A stretch of DNA of 64,000 bases from Zygnema circumcarinatum SAG 698-1b (lineage: Eukaryota; Plantae; Zygnematophyceae). The notes under the pieces are model-generated. The model saw only the letters and a list, made by a program, of their open reading frames with translations, was not told the origin of the DNA and did not search any database. A program made the position numbers and the translations under genes. The stretch is taken from the NCBI GenBank assembly GCA_037447605.1, contig CM074816.1, positions 1,764,525 through 1,828,524 on the forward strand, written 5' to 3'. Positions 58,501-64,000 of this stretch are shown one piece after another. Each line of letters opens with the position of its first letter. Within the stretch, counting starts at the first letter, position 1.

Positions 58501-59295
58501 TTCGGTACTACCACCGGTCCGCTCTATCTGTAGGGCCATGGATGGTATACAAAGAGAATTCGCCATACTATTCAGCGGTATGGGTACAGACTGGCTCTGG
58601 GCTCAGTGTATCCTGTGGACCCCTTGTTCAAAGAGAAGGGCGGTCCAATTGCAACATACTGTCTTTGGAAGGTGGGCCTTACTATTCACAAAAATATTGT
58701 GAACTTCACCTACAAAACTGTTTCTTCAGAGTGAATCGCATTGCTGCATCAGCAATGAAATATTGAAACAGCTAAGCATCTGCGCCTTTGCAGTATTTGA
58801 GTCATGAAGTTTCCAGGGGTAAGAGGGAAGAAGAGCGTCTTACCTTGCAGATATACCCTGGAGCCATCATTGTTCTGCACGACCGACCACAGCAGTTGAA
58901 CCAAACCATTGAGGTAAGTGATTGTGTCCCTCTCTTCCCGTTTCTGTGTAAACCCCATAGCCTTCAATTAAACCAAAGTTTATTCTTCTCTCTCTCTACG
59001 TCTCCTTCTCTCGTCCGTCTTTCTCTCCCTTCCCTCTTTCTCCCTTTCACTCTCTCCTCCCCCCTCACTGGGGCCTCCTCCCCCGTCTCTCGCCCTCCCG
59101 TCCTCCCTCTCATGTGAAGGGTTTCCATGAGAAGGTGAACAGTCCCGTGGTCTGATGAGGATGAGGGGGGCGCAGGTCCTGAGCAAGATGCTGCCTGAGC
59201 TGAAGAGAAGAGGCTACCAAGTGGTCACCCTCTCTCAGCTTCTCAAGGGGACGAGTAAGGTCAGTAAGGAGAATCCTCTCTTTACAAGACTGTAG
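55511..59295 (+). CDS. Membrane-anchored CE4/NodB-type polysaccharide deacetylase (exons ~55511 or 56072-56166, 56733-56812, 57109-57164, 57549-57651, 57917-57972, 58211-58306, 58534-58671, 58851-58913, 59176-59295)
   Basis: The spliced product reads FQPRWLL..VALTIDDGP..LLDTLEESGAKATFFLIG..EGHELANHTMED..KWFRPGHGWY..GYRLALGSVYPVDP..PGAIIVLHD..LPELKRRGYQVVTLSQLL. All five CE4 motifs are present and all introns are GT-AG in phase. The start codon is uncertain. Confidence 0.9.
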
Positions 59296-61088
59296 GAAAG
59301 CTTCTCTCGTGTGAGATCCGCGGCCGCCCTTGTAAAGGGTGGGAGGGGAGGAGAAAGGTAGGGGAGTCTAGTGGTAGTAAATTGTCTATGATGCCGTCAC
59401 CTCGCTCGTTCGCCCTCGCTCTTCGAAGGAGCTGCAGGGCCTATGGATGAAGGGTCTTCACCATTGTTGTATTTTGTTTTAGGTCGTTTGTCGTCGTTCG
59501 TCTCGTATGCAGGACTCGTCAGGGTTCTTTCTGGGACAGGAAGGAAAGTAGATCATATTGATGTAAAATTTGGGGACATTTGGCATCCGGCACAGATAGG
59601 GCAGACATTAAAATTGTGAAATTTTTATTGTGTCCGTAGCTGCAGTATGTTATGACTTACTCGTAGGCTTATCTCATATTGCTGGATCCTGTATTTGAAC
59701 TATTCAGAATGTATGTAAAAGTATAATGCTCTGATTCTACTTAACTGTAGGGCCCACCTCGCATTGCTACAGAAATAGTAAGTAGGAAAGAGGGAGGAAA
59801 TGAGGGAGGCATGTAGGGAGAGAGGGACGAGGGAGGGAGTGAGGGAGGGAGGGATGGAGGGAGGGAGTAGTGTAGGCAGAGGGTGTGTGTAGGTCATGGC
59901 CACAACTTTGTGTCTGTATATGTCGGCATCTGGAACTTGCGACTAATGACTCAAAACTTTCAATCGACTGAATGCCGTTCCTTATATTCCTTTGTTTGTC
60001 GTGTCCCTTCTCTATGCCTCGAACCATTGTTGCTTCATCCTTGCTGCTGTCTATCCACGAGTTCCAACCCGTCGAAAGAGCCACAATGGGCGGGGGGAAA
60101 AGGAGAGGGAAGAGGGCAGGTGGGAGGGGGAGAGAGAATGGGGGGAGGGGGAGGCGGGGGGGTGTGAGGAAAATGCGGGGCGGAAATGGGGGAGGGAAAA
60201 CTGGGGAAGGGAAAGAAAAAGGAAAGGAAAGGAAAGTGGGGAAGTGGGGAAGGGGGGAAAGGGGCGCAGAAGCGGGGGAAGGAGGGAGAGTGGGGGGAAT
60301 GGGGGAGGAGAAGAGGGGAAGGGGAGTAGGGGATGTTGNNNNNNNNNNGGGGAGGGGAGGGAGAGGGCCGAAAATTTCATTTTCCAACAATTGCCCAGAA
60401 ACGGAAGCGTACATGACATTCCTGGCAAACCAGCCAAACCCTTAAGAAACGCTAAATGGCAACAGGCCTTCTCTCGAGGTAGCACTCGGCGCACAGCTCT
60501 GAGAAACCACGCGGCCGAACTGTGACAAACAATCCGTGGCTGAAAATTTGAGAGTTCCCTTCAAGAGTTCCCATGCAGCAACAGTAGCTGCCAGTTGCAA
60601 TCGCCAGCTCCAACTGTAACTGCTACAATTGTGACTGCCATTTGCAAGTTCGAGGAGTGGACTGCAAATAATTACCATCAGCTCTATAGGACGGGCTGGC
60701 GAATTTACAATGGCTTTGCTGACTGAACCAATACCTTCCACCTATCTGCCTAAATCCAGGCTCCAAGCCCAAACCTTTGCAGTATTGGAGAATTCCCTGT
60801 AATTGTCCGCAGTCTAAAACACAACGTTTGTCGACCTCCCACTGCTCTTTTGCCTGCTTTGGACATTCTATGCCCATTTTTTTTGTGTAGCGGCTAGCGG
60901 CTCCCAGACTACCGTACCTTTTCTCATTCGTCAATGAAGAAATTGCTTCCCTGCATAAGAAGGACCAGTTTTACCCTTCTGTGATTAACTAAAGTATAAT
61001 CGGACATCAAAAAAGTGATTCCCACGTCACGTCCAACGATACCACTTGGTGTCGAAATTTCTGACTCGTTTCTTAAGCTCACACCACA

Positions 61089-62659
61089 CTACTCGGCACC
61101 TGTAGTGGCCTCGGAGTCACTGGCATCGGTAGAGCTGTTCTCTCCGCCAGTCGTTTCACTATTTTCCTCTCCACCCTCTCGACCTTCAATTGCTTCACCT
61201 GCTCCCTCGGCAGCTGCATTCTCGTCCGAAGCCGATGAATCCTCAGCCTTCTGTCCAGCATCCTCTCCTCCTTGCGGCTTCTCATCCTCAGCAGTTGACG
61301 TGGTTTCTTCACTTGGTGTTTCCTTTTCAAGACCATCGGCAGCAGGTACCTCCTCTGCATAACAGAAAGACGGGGTACAATTACGACACACACGTCTTTG
61401 CTGAAATTTAATTAAAGGAAAACAAACTCCAACCAAGCACGCTACCTTTTCAAATATACGACAAGCTACATGCAGAGGAGACTGCCGTAAAGGGGATCCA
61501 CACTACAAGCCTTCAATCATTCATTAATGCGGCACCTCCTAACTAAGCGAAGTAGATAGGTAGTGTTTGACAGTAAAAAATAATGCAAAACTGCAAATAA
61601 TGTTGCTCGTGAAGATAGCCTTTTTTTTGTCCCTTTATACATTACAAAAACAGAAGTTGCCGAGCTCTTGCTAGGAATAGCAAATGAAGAATCCGTGACG
61701 CATTTAACTAACCGGATTTAGCTAAAGCTCGTATTGCAAAAGTCTTCACAAGCTATCCACTCTCTAGTAGCGCTAAGGGTGGCCATTGAAGCTCATCGGG
61801 TGAACCGACACAGGCTTGAGTGAGAGCAAATGGATTGCTGCAAGTCCAACAGGACGTTCCTCTGCTCCTCTCTCTCTCACTCTCTATCTCCCTCTCTTTG
61901 GAGAGTTTTGGAGAGTTTTGAAGAGTTCAGGAGAGTTTTGAAGATTTTTGGAGAGTTTTGGAGATTTTTGGAGAGTTCAGGAGACTTGTGGAGAGGTTTG
62001 GAGAGTTTTGGAGAATTTAGGAGAGATTTGGAGAGTTTTGAAGAGTTCAGGAGAGTTCAGGAGAGTTCAGGAGAGTTCAGGAGAGTTCAGGAGAGTTCAC
62101 GAAAGTTTTGGAGAGTTTTGGAGAGTTTTGGAGAGTGGAGAGTTTAGGAGACTGAGTAGCTTATCAGCGAAGCAAACCACAGTCCCAAAAGCCATTCCCA
62201 GCCTTTATTTCCTAGAATCTGACAGACATCCATCACAGATCACCAGAAACCCTACAAGTGGATCCATATCACTTGGCTAGGAGCCGCCAGGACAAGGACA
62301 AGCCTATCCCACGCATCGGAAGAAAACAAGCAGCTACTGAGAATCAAAAAAAAAACCTGCTCAGTCGAAGAAACTGAGAGTAAAAAGAGTCACTGTAACA
62401 ATTTAGTGTCTTGGCAAGCTAACATTGTTTTGTCCTGCAGCTTCCTTTTCAAACAAGCTACATGCGCACCTGTCTTCACGACGTCACCTCCTTCCACATT
62501 CGCAATGCTTTCAACTACAGGCGCTCCTGTTTTCTCCTTCATATCTGTAATGGCGGCAGAGATCTTCCAGTACACAGGTCGTCCCAGGAAGAAGACCAGC
62601 GCCAACAAGGAGATGACAACCACAGATCGAAAGATTATTCGTCCTGAAGGCATCGTCAT
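61089..62659 (-). CDS. Small single-pass membrane protein with acidic low-complexity C-terminus (exons 62659-62470, 61354-61089)
   Basis: MTMPSGRIIFRSVVVISLLALVFFLGRPVYWKISAAITDMK; the GRPxYWKISA motif recalls an uncharacterised plant family. A phase-1 GT-AG intron joins it to the E/S/G/T-rich exon. Confidence 0.7.
61899..62150. repeat. 10-bp minisatellite GAGAGTT(TT/CA)G, about 25 copies, intronic
   Basis: Alternating GAGAGTTTTG and GAGAGTTCAG units. Confidence 0.9.
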
Positions 62660-63326
62660 CTTGTCTGGTTCGATCAATGCGCTTTCCAATCAGTGTAGGA
62701 CAGCTCCAAAATGCTGCCAAGAATCGCTTGCAAGCGGATGCAGGAGAGGAGAAAAGCAAAAGCTGAAGCCGGAGAGCGCTTCAAGAGTTTCAGAATGCAG
62801 TTCAGGACCTGATTCAGAGCGTGAGAGCTCCTCTCAACTTTTATTTTTTATTTTTATTTGGACGGAGGAGGGAGAGCAAAAGAATAGAAAATAGTTTCTG
62901 ACGAACCTACTTCAAAAAATGTTCTGAACAAAATTATGTGCCTCGAAAGTTTCAAGCCATAAAAATTTCCATTTTCCTGTCAAAAAAAATTCCTGTCCTT
63001 TTCTATGATGCCACGTGACGTCATTTTGGCCATCCAAATTGCCACGCAACAAAACATCGATCCAGATCGATCGATCGATCCTCTGCCACGTGGCTACTCC
63101 ATAGAAAACATTACCAAAATTTTCGCAGGTTCTGCCCGTCACAAACGGGCATCTTGAAAGTTTGTACAAGTGTCCAAGAAAAAGGTGACAGTCAAAATCT
63201 GAGCGTGGCCCTCATTTGACCTCTTTTTTTTCCTTTTTGGCCCAAATCTGGAAATACTTCGGCCTCCTCCAGTCAGGTTTCTGATACTTCGGCCTCCCAT
63301 CTGGTTCCTGACACTGGCTAAAGGCC

Positions 63327-63469
63327 AAAAACTGGTTTTTTCCCAGAAACTGGTTTTTGACCGAAAACTGGATTTAACCCGAAAACTGGTTTCTGAATGA
63401 AAACTGGTTGACAGAAAACCAGTTTTTGGCCGAAAACTGGTTTCTGACCGAAAACCGCAAACCGGTTCC
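63327..63469. repeat. Array of AAAACTGGTT motifs (about 20-bp spacing, one inverted), like transposon subterminal repeats
   Basis: Six forward (A)AAACTGG(T/A)T motifs, one inverted AACCAGTTTT and a terminal AAACCGGTT. Confidence 0.65.
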
Positions 63470-64000
63470 TCGTGGTTCCCCAACTTTTTGTTCCCTGTAC
63501 ATTTGATGGCATCGCCATCGTGGAGAGTTCAGTGCAACTTTTACCTTTCTTCGAAGGCAAGGGCGGATCCAGGGTTTGTGAAGAGGCGGAGGAAAGGGCT
63601 GAGCCCCCCTGATCATAAAATATATAAACTACACACATAAAATAAAATAAAATAAAAATAAGACACAAAAAAAGGTTGAATTTTCAAAATCTGCAACTTG
63701 TACATGTAGGTCCCCGCCCCAGTTCGAAGTTCCAGGACCTCTTCTGCTTCAGCAAGTCAAGTCACGTGCTCACAGTTCCCAGATCTGTAAGACAACCTCC
63801 TCGGTCGATTTTGACACATAGATACAAAGCCTTGAACCCTAATAGCTTTGAGTCCCTAACAAACCACGAAGCCCATAGCAACCTTTCTGAACCCTTCTGC
63901 ACAAGAAAGGTTGATCCTCCTTCTCTACATCAACCCTAGAAATCAGCAAGAAGCATTTTCCTTTCTCCCTGTTGCCAAACCACTGGAAGTAGGGCTTCCT

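Overview
Eukaryotic nuclear DNA with spliceosomal GT-AG introns, land-plant-like genes, GA/CT microsatellites and telomere-like repeats. It is most consistent with a streptophyte alga or other early-diverging green plant (inference). Seven protein-coding genes can be built by hand: (1) the 3' end of a probable kelch-repeat protein (+); (2) an EF-hand/TMEM65 protein with a transit-peptide-like N-terminus (-); (3) a divergent MAN1/Src1-like inner nuclear membrane protein whose transmembrane-hairpin exon is duplicated (+); (4) a CBP/p300 (HAC-type) histone acetyltransferase (-); (5) a ~26.5 kb BEACH/WD40 gene (-); (6) a CE4/NodB polysaccharide deacetylase (+); (7) a small single-pass membrane protein (-). 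Mobile DNA includes a 5'-truncated CRE-like RLE retrotransposon inserted into a palindrome beside a 22-bp minisatellite, and a Tc1/mariner-type MITE. Two exact duplications across 10-N gaps and an error-rich segment at about 29.9-31.5 kb look like assembly artefacts. Exon coordinates were derived manually and family assignments come from motif recognition, not database searches.
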